DNA of 64,000 bases. It comes from a virus. Taxonomy: Duplodnaviria > Heunggongvirae > Uroviricota > Caudoviricetes. Made by a program: the position numbers and the translations under genes. Position 1 is the first letter of the stretch, and every line of letters begins with the position of its first letter. The stretch lies in IMG/VR virus record IMGVR_UViG_3300009744_000018; one strand, written 5' to 3'. The notes beneath the pieces were generated by a model. It had not been told where the DNA came from. It saw nothing but the letters and a program-made list of their open reading frames with translations, and searched no databases. This document shows, in pieces, positions 37,180 to 47,195 of the stretch.

Positions 37180-38755
37180 CAATTATGTTATCGCAAAAGC
37201 TTTTTATCTTCTGCTTCTATATCTGCTATCTTTACAAATATAGTTCGGCATACATTTTCACCTTATTTAAGGTGTCGAACACTCGTGGAGAGATTATATT
37301 TTACATATAAATGTAAGTTCACTCTCTATGCTCTACGGTATTAACAGATTTTTAGGTCTATTAATTACCTCGGTATTATCACATATAATATCCATTCTTT
37401 TTCTTTTTCTTGGTAGCCAAATATTAGCATCTTTGTACATGTATTTATATAGCTTTTTAGAAAATGATATACCACTTTGAAAGTAATATAGATTAGTACT
37501 TTTATGGATTGTTTTATTGCTTTTTATTACCTTTTGTATAGATTTAAGCATTTTTTTATTTCCACAAAACCCACTTCTCTTACTTTTTTTGATGCAAGTT
37601 ATGCCATCTCCATCAAAAAACCCTCTAATAAAGTGTCTATACATATTATCAGGTATTTGAAAGGGAAATGATTCTTTTCCCGTCTTATTAGGTATAACAC
37701 CATATTCAAATAATTTTTCAGTCATATGTCTTGATGTTAAGCTACATCTGCAACAGTAACCTTTTTTTGAATATCCAGAATTTTTACCAACATAAGGATT
37801 AAGAGAACTTTCTAAGTGGCTTAAAAACCCATAAATAATCTCTTTGTCCTTTAAGGCTACACCTAATTTTATAGAATATTGACCATTATAGATAGAAGTG
37901 TTTCCATCAGCCATTAAAAAACCCAAAAAATAAGCTTTTTCTTCTTTGTTTATTTTATCAAAAAAATCTTCTTTTTTTATGCTATTCTCTAATCCTCTTT
38001 TTATATCAAAACCTTCTTTCTTTAACCATAATGAAATAGTGTTTCTATTAATACCTGTTTCAGTTGCTATTTCACATAAATATAATCCTGATTTATAAAG
38101 ATTAACAACTCTTTTTTTATAAACATCTTTATATCCTATTTTATCCCCATGATTAAATTTTGAATTTTTTGTTAGTCCAGCATTTCTTAAATATTTATAC
38201 ACTGTACCAACACTTATATTCAATAATTTTGATATTTCTTTTCCAAACTTACCTTCATTATAAAGGTCCATTATTTTTTTGATTTTATATTCACTTATTT
38301 TTTCAGTTTTTTTAGATTTTTGTGGATTTTGTAAACTTATATCAGATTCATTAATCCATTTATAAATTGTACTTCTGCAAGGCATAATTTCCATTTTAGA
38401 AATATCAGTAACAGAAATGCCATCGCCATACATGTTTAATGCTTTTATTTTGCGTTGACTACTTTTCATCTTTATCACCTTCTACATATTGAAAGAGTAT
38501 ATACCTAACCATTTCAGAAAAATTAATTCCTTTTTTGTCAGCTATTTTTTGAATGTCTTCTTCCAGCTGTTCCGGTAAATAAATATTTCTTCTTTTCATT
38601 TTTATCATCTCCAACGTGTGGTATTTGTATCACCTTGCATACATTATTATAACACACATTGAATCATTTTTCAAATTATGGATATTTAGATAGTGGCTTC
38701 ACCGATTTTGCTCGATAATAATCTAGCTTATTTCTAAGCTGGACGGCAATTTCTT
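37180..38755 (-). other. Group-I-type intron in dnaE (intron 1) carrying a LAGLIDADG homing endonuclease ORF
   Basis: It interrupts the conserved DnaE sequence YQEQV|M. Exon 2 ends in U (..CAG GU) and the intron ends in G (..AAUUG) before A AUG. The intervening frame has stops, so this is not an intein. Confidence 0.55.
37333..38478 (-). CDS. LAGLIDADG homing endonuclease (intron-encoded), with N-terminal HTH repeats
   Basis: Two LAGLIDADG motifs (YFLGFLMADGNTS and FIRGFFDGDGIT). It is free-standing inside the dnaE intron. Confidence 0.7.
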   Translation of the reverse strand: MIKMKSSQRKIKALNMYGDGISVTDISKMEIMPCRSTIYKWINESDISLQNPQKSKKTEKISEYKIKKIMDLYNEGKFGKEISKLLNISVGTVYKYLRNAGLTKNSKFNHGDKIGYKDVYKKRVVNLYKSGLYLCEIATETGINRNTISLWLKKEGFDIKRGLENSIKKEDFFDKINKEEKAYFLGFLMADGNTSIYNGQYSIKLGVALKDKEIIYGFLSHLESSLNPYVGKNSGYSKKGYCCRCSLTSRHMTEKLFEYGVIPNKTGKESFPFQIPDNMYRHFIRGFFDGDGITCIKKSKRSGFCGNKKMLKSIQKVIKSNKTIHKSTNLYYFQSGISFSKKLYKYMYKDANIWLPRKRKRMDIICDNTEVINRPKNLLIP

Positions 38756-40707
38756 ACCTGTTCCTGGTATACTAGGTAACCGTATGTTTCCTCTAATTCC
38801 TTTTTTAAACTTTCGTGTGGATATTCTACTTTTTCATTACCGTGCATTCTGTCGAAATATTTTTCCACAATACCAGCTTCAAGTGGTCCCGGGCGACCGA
38901 GAGCAAGTATAGCAATTATATGCTCGAACTTTGTAGGTTTCATTTTCTTTAACAGCCTTTTAAATAGTTGTGATTCTACCTGAAAAACCCCGTTGGTATC
39001 AGCCTTCTGATAGATGTTTTTATATACATCTTTATCATCAAGAGGTAAATCCCAAATGTTTTGTACTGTAGGCTTATACTCTAAGCTATCATAATCTTTT
39101 CTGTTCTTGATAAACTTAATAGCCTCACCTATGATAACAACAGTCTTTAACCCTAAGAAATCCATCTTGAGCAAACCTAAATCTTCGCTATCGTGCATCT
39201 CTGTCTGAGTTACATATGTTATCTCACCAGTCTGGCTGTTTTTGGTTCGTGCTAAAGGTGTGTAATCATCAACAGGCTCTGGAGTAATAACAACTGCTGA
39301 GGCATGTGTACCTAACTGTCTAGGCTTACCTTCTAGCTTTTGAGCTATATCGAATAGTTTTGGATACTGTTCAGCATACATCTTAAGTTCTTTACTTTCT
39401 TCCAGTGCTTCCTTGATTGAAATACCTGGGGTATCGGGAAATGCCTTTGATATCTCTTTATTCATTAGATTGTAATCATATCCTAATACTCGGCCTACAT
39501 CTTTAACAGCTGATTTAGCACCTAGTGTACCAAAGTTACAGATACTTGCTACATTTTCTTCTCCGTATTTGTCGATTACATACTGGATAACTTTTCCTCT
39601 ATTTCCAAAATCTATATCAATATCAGGCATAGCAGTTCTTTCAGGATTTAAGAATCTTTCAAACAGCAGTCCATACTTAACAGGGTCTAAGGCTGTGATG
39701 CCTAAAAGATAGGATAGAAGTGAGCCTGCTGCAGACCCTCGACCAGGACCAACAATGATGTTATTATCTTTAGCCCACTGAACATAATCTTCAACAATTA
39801 AAAAGTAGGCAGGATACCCCTTCATATTTATAACCTCAAGCTCTGTATCAAGCCGTCTGGCGTATTTATCCATATCAATGTCTTTTTCTACAGCCAACTC
39901 AAAAAGCTTCTTAAAGGCCCTTTCTTCAAGGTATGACTCAAGTGTATAACCTTCAGGAACTTCGAACTTAGGAAGGAGTAAATTACCTAAATCAAGCTCG
40001 ACTGTATCACATTTATCGGCAATTTTTACTGTATTCTCAACTGCACTATCTCTGGCATCTATAAAATCAGACTCTACACTTTTTGCAAAAAGCTGACTTT
40101 TTATCTCATCTTCACCCTTAAAATAGTATGAATCTCCATGAAATCTAAATCTGTCATTATCTTCAACTTTTGCCCCTGTTTGAATACATAGCATAACGTC
40201 ATGAGCTTCTATACTGTCCTTTTCTAGATAGTGCATATCTGATGTAGCTACAAGCTCTATATCTAATTTTCTAGCTAAATTTGCAAGCTTTGAGTTCATT
40301 ACGTACTGCTCTGATACATCGTTGGCCATAATCTCTATATAGAAATCATCACCAAAAAGTTTTTTATATTTTAGAGCTATTTCTTCTGCTCTTTCATTGT
40401 TGTTATTCTCTAAGGCTCTTGGTATCTCTCCTGCAAGGCAGGCAGAACTTACTATAAGTCCTTCAGAATGCTCTTTTAAAATTTCAAAATCTATTCTTGG
40501 TTTATAATAAAAACCTTCTGTATTTGACTTACTCACCATCTTAAAAATATTATCCAATCCTTTTTTATTTTTAGCAAGGATTATAAGGTGGTGTCTTTTA
40601 CCTTCTTTATCATGCATGTCATTAGCTACATATACTTCAATTCCAAATATATGTTTAATTTCTTCTTCTTTGGCTGCTTTATAAAGCTCTACGAAATTAT
40701 GGATACT
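38756..40707 (-). CDS. dnaE: DNA polymerase III alpha subunit (DnaE), exon 2 (PHP and polymerase core)
   Basis: GPGRGSAAGSLLSYLLGITALDPVKYGLLFERFLNPERTAMPDIDIDF and a C-terminus ..LVYQEQV. The track ORF 38734-40710 includes intron-derived tail codons (RNCRPA*) and a spurious TTG start. Confidence 0.7.
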
Positions 40708-41837
40708 CAATTGTGTTATCCTACAAGTTTTTTACCATGTAGTTCTTGCAGTTCATTTCCTGCAAGTTCAGCATACCTTTTGCCCACCAGCATTACCTGT
40801 GAGGACAGGAGTCTCTTGGAAAAATTATATTCTTTAATACAAATTAAAGTTTCATTTTCTATGCGTTGCCCCTGACTAATATTTTAAAATTAGCCTTCGG
40901 TTCGGATTGGCTTCTCAGCTTTCCCGCTTAATACTCCTGTAATAATTCTAAACATTCCTGTTTAGAACGGCAAATTTATCATGTTTTCTCTTTAAATATA
41001 TATTAGCATCTTTATATAGGTAGTCTTTAATTTTCAAAACAGCAAGCCTTCCTGACTTTCTTATTTTGTACATATCAGATTTATGAAATTTTGGTTTTTG
41101 CATAAATATATCATTTTTTTCAAACTCATCAGATATTTCATTTAGCATATCTTTATAGCCCATTATATAAAATTCACAATTTAAAGAGTTCTTGTGATGG
41201 TTATCATTTCTTATTGAATATGATATACATCCATCACCGTCAAAGTAACCTCTTATAAAATGATTCATATATTCTTCTTTTATATTTGGTAATGAGTTTG
41301 TGTTTTTTACACCTAGTTTTATTAAGTCTTGATATATTTTTTTATTGGTAAAAGACAGAGTATATTGTCCAATATTACTATATCTATCCTTTCTTGGTTT
41401 AATGTAATATAATGGACCTGCATAACCAACTTCATTTTTTACATCTAAAAGAAGTTTTTTATCATCTTCTTTTAAACCAATAGAGGCCACATAACTTCTT
41501 CCTGAAATATATACGCTTCCATCTGAATAAAATAATCCTAATATATAGGCTTTCTCTTTAGAATTTATTTCAGAAAAATATTTTTGATTTATTTTATATT
41601 GTGGTTGACCTCCTGGATTTCTTGATTTTATATTATACTCTTTGAAAGTCGTTTGTATTTTTGAAGCACTTACATTAAAATATTTTCCTATATCTTTATG
41701 ACTTAAACCATCATTATAAAGATTTTTCATTTCATTAATTTGTTTTGTAGAAAAAATAATTTTTTTAGTAATTTTTATCACCCTCTTTAGCTTAAAGGTG
41801 CTAATATATTTATAATTATAACATGATATTAATGTTT
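40708..41837 (-). other. Group-I-type intron in dnaE (intron 2) carrying a second LAGLIDADG homing endonuclease ORF
   Basis: It interrupts the conserved PHP motif AITDHG|SIHNFVELYKAAK (compare DnaE AITDHGNMFGAVEFYKAAK). Exon 1 ends in U (GGU) and the intron ends in G (..CACAAUUG). Confidence 0.55.
40948..41781 (-). CDS. LAGLIDADG homing endonuclease (intron-encoded)
   Basis: Motifs YILGLFYSDGSV and FIRGYFDGDGCI, with an N-terminal HTH. Confidence 0.7.
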   Translation of the reverse strand: MIKITKKIIFSTKQINEMKNLYNDGLSHKDIGKYFNVSASKIQTTFKEYNIKSRNPGGQPQYKINQKYFSEINSKEKAYILGLFYSDGSVYISGRSYVASIGLKEDDKKLLLDVKNEVGYAGPLYYIKPRKDRYSNIGQYTLSFTNKKIYQDLIKLGVKNTNSLPNIKEEYMNHFIRGYFDGDGCISYSIRNDNHHKNSLNCEFYIMGYKDMLNEISDEFEKNDIFMQKPKFHKSDMYKIRKSGRLAVLKIKDYLYKDANIYLKRKHDKFAVLNRNV

Positions 41838-41963
41838 ACCGTGGTCTGTTATAGCAACAGTTTTTTGACCCATATCTTTTGCTTTCTTCACAATATCCTT
41901 TGGTGAATCAAAGCCGTCCAAAAAAGAGTAGTAACTGTGGTTGTGTAAATTAACATAAGACAA
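41838..41963 (-). CDS. dnaE: DNA polymerase III alpha subunit (DnaE), exon 1 (42 codons); not in the ORF track
   Basis: TTG start after an AGGAGGAAG RBS. (M)SYVNLHNHSYYSFLDGFDSPKDIVKKAKDMGQKTVAITDHG matches the DnaE N-terminal PHP motif (HLHxHSxYSLLDG...ALAITDHG). Confidence 0.6.
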
Positions 41964-42019
41964 ATAACTTCCTCCTTTCGTTTCGTTAAGTTTATTATAT
42001 CATACTTCACTTGATTATT

Positions 42020-42060
42020 AAAGAAAAAGGCGCACCATTAAAGCAACGCCTTCTTTTATT
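42020..42060 (-). terminator. Intrinsic terminator (hairpin flanked by U-runs on both strands) between the HAD-like gene and dnaE exon 1
   Basis: AAGGCGcaccattaaagcaaCGCCTT with T-runs on either side. Confidence 0.45.
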
Positions 42061-42128
42061 ATATAACTATACCTGCTAACAACCCAGCTATTAATAAAGC
42101 ATTAAATAGTCTTAACATTATTCTTCAC

Positions 42129-42482
42129 CTACTTGTGCCAAGGCTTAAAGTCTTTAACTTTATTAATTAACTCTTTATTCCATTTACCCCCAAAATTAAT
42201 TGCTCTATCATCAATTTGCACTATAGCTGGTACTTTATCTCTAACTACTTTATCTACTTCAATATCATATTTATCTAAATAATCTTCGATAGCTTCAATT
42301 CCGCCTTCTTGGTGGCACCTGGAAGAATGGACAACTACTTCATAATCTTTCCTTAATTCCTGAATAGCTTCGTTTACACCTTCAACCGGAGAATCTGGTA
42401 TATTAGTAACTCCTTGCCAACCAGACTTATAGCTGTGAATAACACCGTCAAAATCTAAAATAATTGTTTTCTTGCCTGACAT
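42129..42482 (-). CDS. Small HAD-like (DxDGV) phosphatase-fold protein; paralog of 22614-22970
   Basis: TIILDFDGVIH motif; 117 aa. Confidence 0.45.
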   Translation of the reverse strand: MSGKKTIILDFDGVIHSYKSGWQGVTNIPDSPVEGVNEAIQELRKDYEVVVHSSRCHQEGGIEAIEDYLDKYDIEVDKVVRDKVPAIVQIDDRAINFGGKWNKELINKVKDFKPWHK

Positions 42483-42797
42483 TTAATTTGCCTCCTCTAC
42501 TTTCTCATAAGTTTTATGGAATATATCAGGTTTACAAGGATAAAATTCGCCGTTTACGCCTTTGATAATATAGTCTCCAACATTAGCCCTCATTACCCCT
42601 TCTAAAGTAGGTATGACAATTTCCCCTAATTTTTTGTTGCTGTAATCAATATAAGAATCCTTACAATCTTTCATAAAAGTTTCAGTAATTAAACTATTAG
42701 CCCCATTCCATTCAACAGCCTCAATTACAACTGGTTTTTTACGATATTTTGCCATTTTATCCCCCTTAAAATTGCTTTGAAAGTGTAAAACTAACAT
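42483..42797 (-). CDS. Hypothetical protein
   Basis: 104-aa ORF directly abutting its neighbour. Confidence 0.4.
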   Translation of the reverse strand: MLVLHFQSNFKGDKMAKYRKKPVVIEAVEWNGANSLITETFMKDCKDSYIDYSNKKLGEIVIPTLEGVMRANVGDYIIKGVNGEFYPCKPDIFHKTYEKVEEAN

Positions 42798-42871
42798 TAT
42801 TTGGAGTCTTACAATCCTGCTTTATCCTTAAATGGCCTAAAGGTAGTTTGCCTTCAACGCCATATACCTTT

Positions 42872-43510
42872 TTAACGCCCTCTACATAGCAATAGTGTAG
42901 CTTTTCCATAACTATAATAAGGAACTCCATCATCTATTAAATCATAATCGTCTCTTTCTGATATGATTGCCCATGCATCTTCGTTTTCTATATGGTATCT
43001 AACACCAACCTTTTTAGCTTGTAGTTTACCTCTGGATATTTTATTAACTATCCCTTGGTTGGTTACTCCTATCAACATTGCAAGTTCATTTGCAGATAAA
43101 TCTCTGCCTCTGTATAATTTTATTCTTGTCTCTGCAAGCGTTATTAAAAATCCAATCCGGGAGTTTAAAAGACCCCTGTTGGTACCTTTCTGAACAAAGT
43201 ATTTAGAAACAATATTTACCTGAGCATCCTCTTTTAATTCGTTTATTATTCCAGTTATTTCAGGAATATAATCATACTGTCCCTTTATAAAGTAAAATAG
43301 TTTTTTTATTTCTTTAGCAAAAGGAAAAGGAAAATCAATTTTTTTATTCTCTATTGGACAGAAAAGTTCCACTGGTTCTTTGTTCACTTCTATGTCTTTT
43401 GCGTACTTAAGTTCAAGTTGGATTAATTCACGTAAATTGTTTTCTATATCAGATATAATTTTATTATAAAAACTTTTTCCTTTGAAATCTTTAATACTGT
43501 ATTCATTCAT
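42872..43510 (-). CDS. Hypothetical protein with C-terminal HTH
   Basis: LSANELAMLIGVTNQGIVNKISRGKL resembles a helix-turn-helix. Confidence 0.4.
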   Translation of the reverse strand: MNEYSIKDFKGKSFYNKIISDIENNLRELIQLELKYAKDIEVNKEPVELFCPIENKKIDFPFPFAKEIKKLFYFIKGQYDYIPEITGIINELKEDAQVNIVSKYFVQKGTNRGLLNSRIGFLITLAETRIKLYRGRDLSANELAMLIGVTNQGIVNKISRGKLQAKKVGVRYHIENEDAWAIISERDDYDLIDDGVPYYSYGKATLLLCRGR

Positions 43511-43607
43511 TTTTTTAAACCCCCTTTTTATTTAGTTTTATTATCTAAACTAATCATAACAGCTGCAAATTACTTTGTCAACAACTTTTTTAGGAATTAC
43601 TCTTATT

Positions 43608-44147
43608 TTATATGTGAATTTTTTCTTTTAACATCACTTCTAATTCTCTTTTTGCAATTTCTTTTTCATCTTTTTGCAAATTGTTTTTTAAGCAAAATTC
43701 AAAGTCTATATTTGAGTTTTTAATAAATAATGCTGATTTATAAATACACTTCCAATCTTTACCTCCTGTTATAACAACGTTCTTGTGGTAGTTTAAAAAA
43801 CTGTTCTTTAAAACTAGATATATTTTATCAACTAGGTTCTCATTTGTTATTTTGTATATTTTTGAAACTTTAACCCCATTTGTATATAGTTTTACAACTA
43901 TATTTTTATGATTATTTTGCAAATATTTCAAAAATTGAACGAGGTCAGTTTGAAGCGTTGCCTCTCCGCCTCTTATGGTAATTTCCTCTAAATTTTTATA
44001 ATTTATATCTTCTTTATTAAAATTTTCTTTTTTTATTTTTGGAACTAGATGCAAATCCTTACAATCTGCACACCTTAAGTTACATCCCTGAACATAGATT
44101 GTTAACTTCTTACCGTCCTCTGAATATTCCTTCTTATAAATATTCAT
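43608..44147 (-). CDS. Radical SAM 4Fe-4S activase-family protein (NrdG/PflA/QueE-like), second copy
   Basis: GCNLRCADC (CxxxCxxC, activase variant) and ITIRGGEATLQ...KLYTNG, collinear with NrdG at 45873; 179 aa. Confidence 0.55.
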   Translation of the reverse strand: MNIYKKEYSEDGKKLTIYVQGCNLRCADCKDLHLVPKIKKENFNKEDINYKNLEEITIRGGEATLQTDLVQFLKYLQNNHKNIVVKLYTNGVKVSKIYKITNENLVDKIYLVLKNSFLNYHKNVVITGGKDWKCIYKSALFIKNSNIDFEFCLKNNLQKDEKEIAKRELEVMLKEKIHI

Positions 44148-44196
44148 TCCAAACCTCCTAAAATAAAAACCCCCAAAATTAATTGAGGGTTTGAAT

Positions 44197-45384
44197 TTAT
44201 TTTTTATATTTTTCTTTTATTAAAAATGAGACCTGTATCCCGATTCCTATTAATGCTGCAAGTCCTACACCGCTAAATTTATAAACTGTTATTCCACTTA
44301 GTCCAAAAACTATCATCGTAGAAGCTATAAATGTATTCTTTGGACTTGTGAAATCGACTTTATTTGAAACAAAAGTTTTAAAGCCTAGAGTTGCTATATT
44401 ACCAAAAAGAATAATCATAACTCCTCCAACAACAGCTGTTGGTATTGACTGCAGAAAAGCTGCTAATACACCTACAAAGCTAAATATAATTGCAAATATA
44501 CCTGCATTTCTTGTAACTTTTGGGTCTCTTATCTTTAATAGACTAACTGCTGATGTTCCTTCTGAGTAAGTTGTATTTGGTACAGAGCCTACAAAAGAAA
44601 GCATTGTGCCTATTCCATCAATTAACATCGTCCTGTGCATCCCTGGTGACTTATAATACTTATTACCAGTTGCTTCACTTACTGCAAATACATCACCAAA
44701 ATGCTCTATTGTTGGAGCTAAGGCAAATGGCAGTATGTAAATTGCTGCGCTTAAATTAAATCTTGGGAGTGTAAATTCAGGCATGCTTACTAGTGGTAGA
44801 GAAACAAATGTTACCTCTCCTAGAAGCAAAGCTGATATATATCCTGTTAAAATAGCTATCAAAACTGAATATAATCTTGTTACTCCTTCTGTAAACATCA
44901 TAAAATATCCTGCTGTAGATAATGTTATAATAGCTAAAAGCCAATTACCTGAAGCCATATCTATACCGGTATCTATCAGGGTCAACCCTATCAGCATAAT
45001 CATTGTTCCTGAGATTACTGGAGGGAAAAGTTTTTCTGAGATGAAGTCACTGCCTGTTTTTTTAATTACAAATGAAAATAAAACTTTCATAATTCCCGCA
45101 ACACCTAATGCAAAGAAAACAGATGGCATATCCCATCTATCCTGTATATAAATTATTGGTGCTATATAGGCAAATGATGAGCCTAGAAAAATTATTGGTG
45201 CTCCATATTCACCTCTACCAAAATAATGCATGATAAGAGTCGATATACCTGCTGTAAATAAAACAATAGATGTTGAGATACCCGTCAAAAGTGGTACCAA
45301 AATCGTAGCGCCAAAGCAGACTACAAGCATCTGTAAACCTAAAAGCCATGTGTTATTTCCAATATTGAAATTCTCTGATTTCAT
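44197..45384 (-). CDS. NCS2-family nucleobase (uracil/xanthine) permease
   Basis: At least 10 TM helices. LQMLVVCFGATILVPLLTGISTSIVLFTAGISTL matches the NCS2 signature (LQHvlAMFGATVLVPlLtG...LFtaGIgTL). Confidence 0.7.
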   Translation of the reverse strand: MKSENFNIGNNTWLLGLQMLVVCFGATILVPLLTGISTSIVLFTAGISTLIMHYFGRGEYGAPIIFLGSSFAYIAPIIYIQDRWDMPSVFFALGVAGIMKVLFSFVIKKTGSDFISEKLFPPVISGTMIMLIGLTLIDTGIDMASGNWLLAIITLSTAGYFMMFTEGVTRLYSVLIAILTGYISALLLGEVTFVSLPLVSMPEFTLPRFNLSAAIYILPFALAPTIEHFGDVFAVSEATGNKYYKSPGMHRTMLIDGIGTMLSFVGSVPNTTYSEGTSAVSLLKIRDPKVTRNAGIFAIIFSFVGVLAAFLQSIPTAVVGGVMIILFGNIATLGFKTFVSNKVDFTSPKNTFIASTMIVFGLSGITVYKFSGVGLAALIGIGIQVSFLIKEKYKK

Positions 45385-45405
45385 TAATATTGTGCCTCCT
45401 GTTTT

Positions 45406-45699
45406 TTATAACCAATTATATTTTTTTACGTAATAAAAATCTTCGCTTATACCACAATAAGGGCAAACCTTTACTTTCTTTTCTGGATGAGTTTTAAATT
45501 TTCTATTTTTGCCACATATAGGACACCATGTATAAATTATTCTTCTGTCTGGTTTTTTGAAATCCTTGTGTTTGTAAAGTGTTACTTTTTTGTACTTCTT
45601 TTTTTGTTTTTTGTAATATTTTTCTGCCTCTTTTTTGCTTGTAAACTTTTCTTTTTCATATTTAAATTTTTTCTTAGCTGTAATTACAAACCACTTCAA
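45406..45699 (-). CDS. Lysine-rich zinc-ribbon protein
   Basis: CPICGKNRKF...CPYCG, in a highly basic protein. Confidence 0.4.
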   Translation of the reverse strand: MKWFVITAKKKFKYEKEKFTSKKEAEKYYKKQKKKYKKVTLYKHKDFKKPDRRIIYTWCPICGKNRKFKTHPEKKVKVCPYCGISEDFYYVKKYNWL

Positions 45700-45725
45700 T
45701 TAATACCTCCCCCTTTAAGAGATAT

Positions 45726-45854
45726 TTACAGTACTTTATCAAATGTTTTTCTGTCTTTCCACTCTTCTTTTTTTCCTTTATTCCAATGAGAGATAGGTGT
45801 TAAAAACCCAACAACTCTGGAATAAACTTCACATCTAGTTCTTTTGCTTTCCAT
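45726..45854 (-). CDS. Stand-alone glycyl-radical motif peptide (42 aa) homologous to the NrdD C-terminus
   Basis: Strong RBS (AAAGGAGGTGG) 8 nt before the ATG, 18 nt after the nrdG stop. MESKRTRCEVYSRVVGFLTPISHWNKGKKEEWKDRK matches the NrdD C-terminal glycyl-radical region (..RVCGYLGSP....NAGKQEEVKRR). It is not in the ORF track. Confidence 0.6.
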   Translation of the reverse strand: MESKRTRCEVYSRVVGFLTPISHWNKGKKEEWKDRKTFDKVL

Positions 45855-45872
45855 AATTACCACCTCCTTTCT

Positions 45873-46589
45873 TTAATTTCTTATTCTTACATTATCAATA
45901 TACTCTTCAGCAATGCTTTTAAATTCCTTTAACTTTTTTTCACTAAAACCATTTTTGCCACAGAGTTCTTTATTATAAGTAGAATCACCTTTGAAATTCT
46001 GGATAAAATACCAGTCAGAATTTATTATCTGAGAGGCGATTTCTCTAATGTCCTCACTTTCATGCATTCCTGGTACTACTGTGGTTCTGATTTCATACTG
46101 AACATCATATTTTTCTTTGGCCTGATATATATTATATAAAGAGCGTTTAATCTTATCTAAATTAATCTTGCCTCCTAATGAGCCGTATCTCTCATATGGC
46201 ATTTTAAAATCCATTGCTATATAATCTATAAGACCAGAAGACGCAAGGTATAAAAGTTTTTTAGGATAGGAACCGTTAGTATCAATCTTAACTTTTAATC
46301 CCATAGTTTTAACTTTTTCAAGGAATAATTTTAAATCATCAATATCCTGCATTAAGGGCTCTCCACCAGTAATAGTAACTCCATCTATCTTTCCTTTTCT
46401 TTCGTTTAGGAACATTAAAATTTCATCTTCGTTAATTAAATTTTCTTTGTCTTTTATATCTTCACTTATTAATGATGGGTTGTGGCAGTAAGGACATCGT
46501 AAATTACAACCCTGAGTAAATAAGATTGTAGAAATATGTTCTGGATAATCCATCAAAGAAGTCTTTTGTATTCCTGCAAATTTAATCAT
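45873..46589 (-). CDS. nrdG: Anaerobic ribonucleoside-triphosphate reductase activating protein
   Basis: FTQGCNLRCPYCHNP, ITGGEPL, and the right size class (238 aa). Confidence 0.75.
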   Translation of the reverse strand: MIKFAGIQKTSLMDYPEHISTILFTQGCNLRCPYCHNPSLISEDIKDKENLINEDEILMFLNERKGKIDGVTITGGEPLMQDIDDLKLFLEKVKTMGLKVKIDTNGSYPKKLLYLASSGLIDYIAMDFKMPYERYGSLGGKINLDKIKRSLYNIYQAKEKYDVQYEIRTTVVPGMHESEDIREIASQIINSDWYFIQNFKGDSTYNKELCGKNGFSEKKLKEFKSIAEEYIDNVRIRN

Positions 46590-47184
46590 TTAAACCCTCA
46601 CCAAACCTTTTTACAAAAGCTTTTTCATCTGCTGGCATTTGCTCAAAGCCAATCTCCACTAATCCATGTAGCCTTATAATTTCATAAAAAATAGCAATAG
46701 ACTTTTTAAGCTCTCCATCATTATTTTTAATAGTGTAGTCCGCTATTTCTTTATTTTTTCTTTCACGAGTCTTAATCATGTGCCAAACTCTCTTGAATGC
46801 AGCTTTAAACCCATCTCTTTTATAAAGTCTTTTTGCAAGCTGATAGAATGGTACATCAATGTAGATAACTCTAACCTCATCACCATACATGCCTTTCATT
46901 TGTCTGACTCCGTTTCTGTCCATAATTACAAATACAGAATCGTTATCCTCTAACTTTCTTTCAACTTCTCTTGTTGAGAGGCAGTAATAGTTGCCGGCGT
47001 ATTCTGTAAACTCAGCTTTATTCATTTTGTCTATGTCTTTTTTGGTAACAAAATAGTAAGTCTCTCCGTGAACTTCTCCTTTTCTCATATCTCTTGAGGT
47101 GTGGGATACAAGCTCAGGTAATCCTGAGCCTTTACCGATTGCAGTTTTACCAGAGCCTGAAGGTCCCATTAAGATATATATCAT
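46582..47184 (-). CDS. gmk: Guanylate kinase
   Basis: ILMGPSGSGKT (P-loop) and SHTSRDMRKGEVHGETYYFV, matching Gmk STTTRxPRxGExdGvDYhFV. Confidence 0.7.
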   Translation of the reverse strand: MIYILMGPSGSGKTAIGKGSGLPELVSHTSRDMRKGEVHGETYYFVTKKDIDKMNKAEFTEYAGNYYCLSTREVERKLEDNDSVFVIMDRNGVRQMKGMYGDEVRVIYIDVPFYQLAKRLYKRDGFKAAFKRVWHMIKTRERKNKEIADYTIKNNDGELKKSIAIFYEIIRLHGLVEIGFEQMPADEKAFVKRFGEGLND

Positions 47185-47195
47185 ATTTAACCCCC

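Noticed and set aside
36105-41963. Considered inteins rather than introns for the LAGLIDADG elements in dnaE
   Set aside because: The intervening sequences contain stop codons in the dnaE frame. The endonuclease ORFs have their own starts and lie in a different frame. Exon junctions follow U/G group-I rules.
41964-42128. A 19-aa hydrophobic mini-ORF (MLRLFNALLIAGLLAGIVI) downstream of the HAD-like gene
   Set aside because: It is too short, and the region is better explained as the terminator plus promoter/RBS region for dnaE exon 1.
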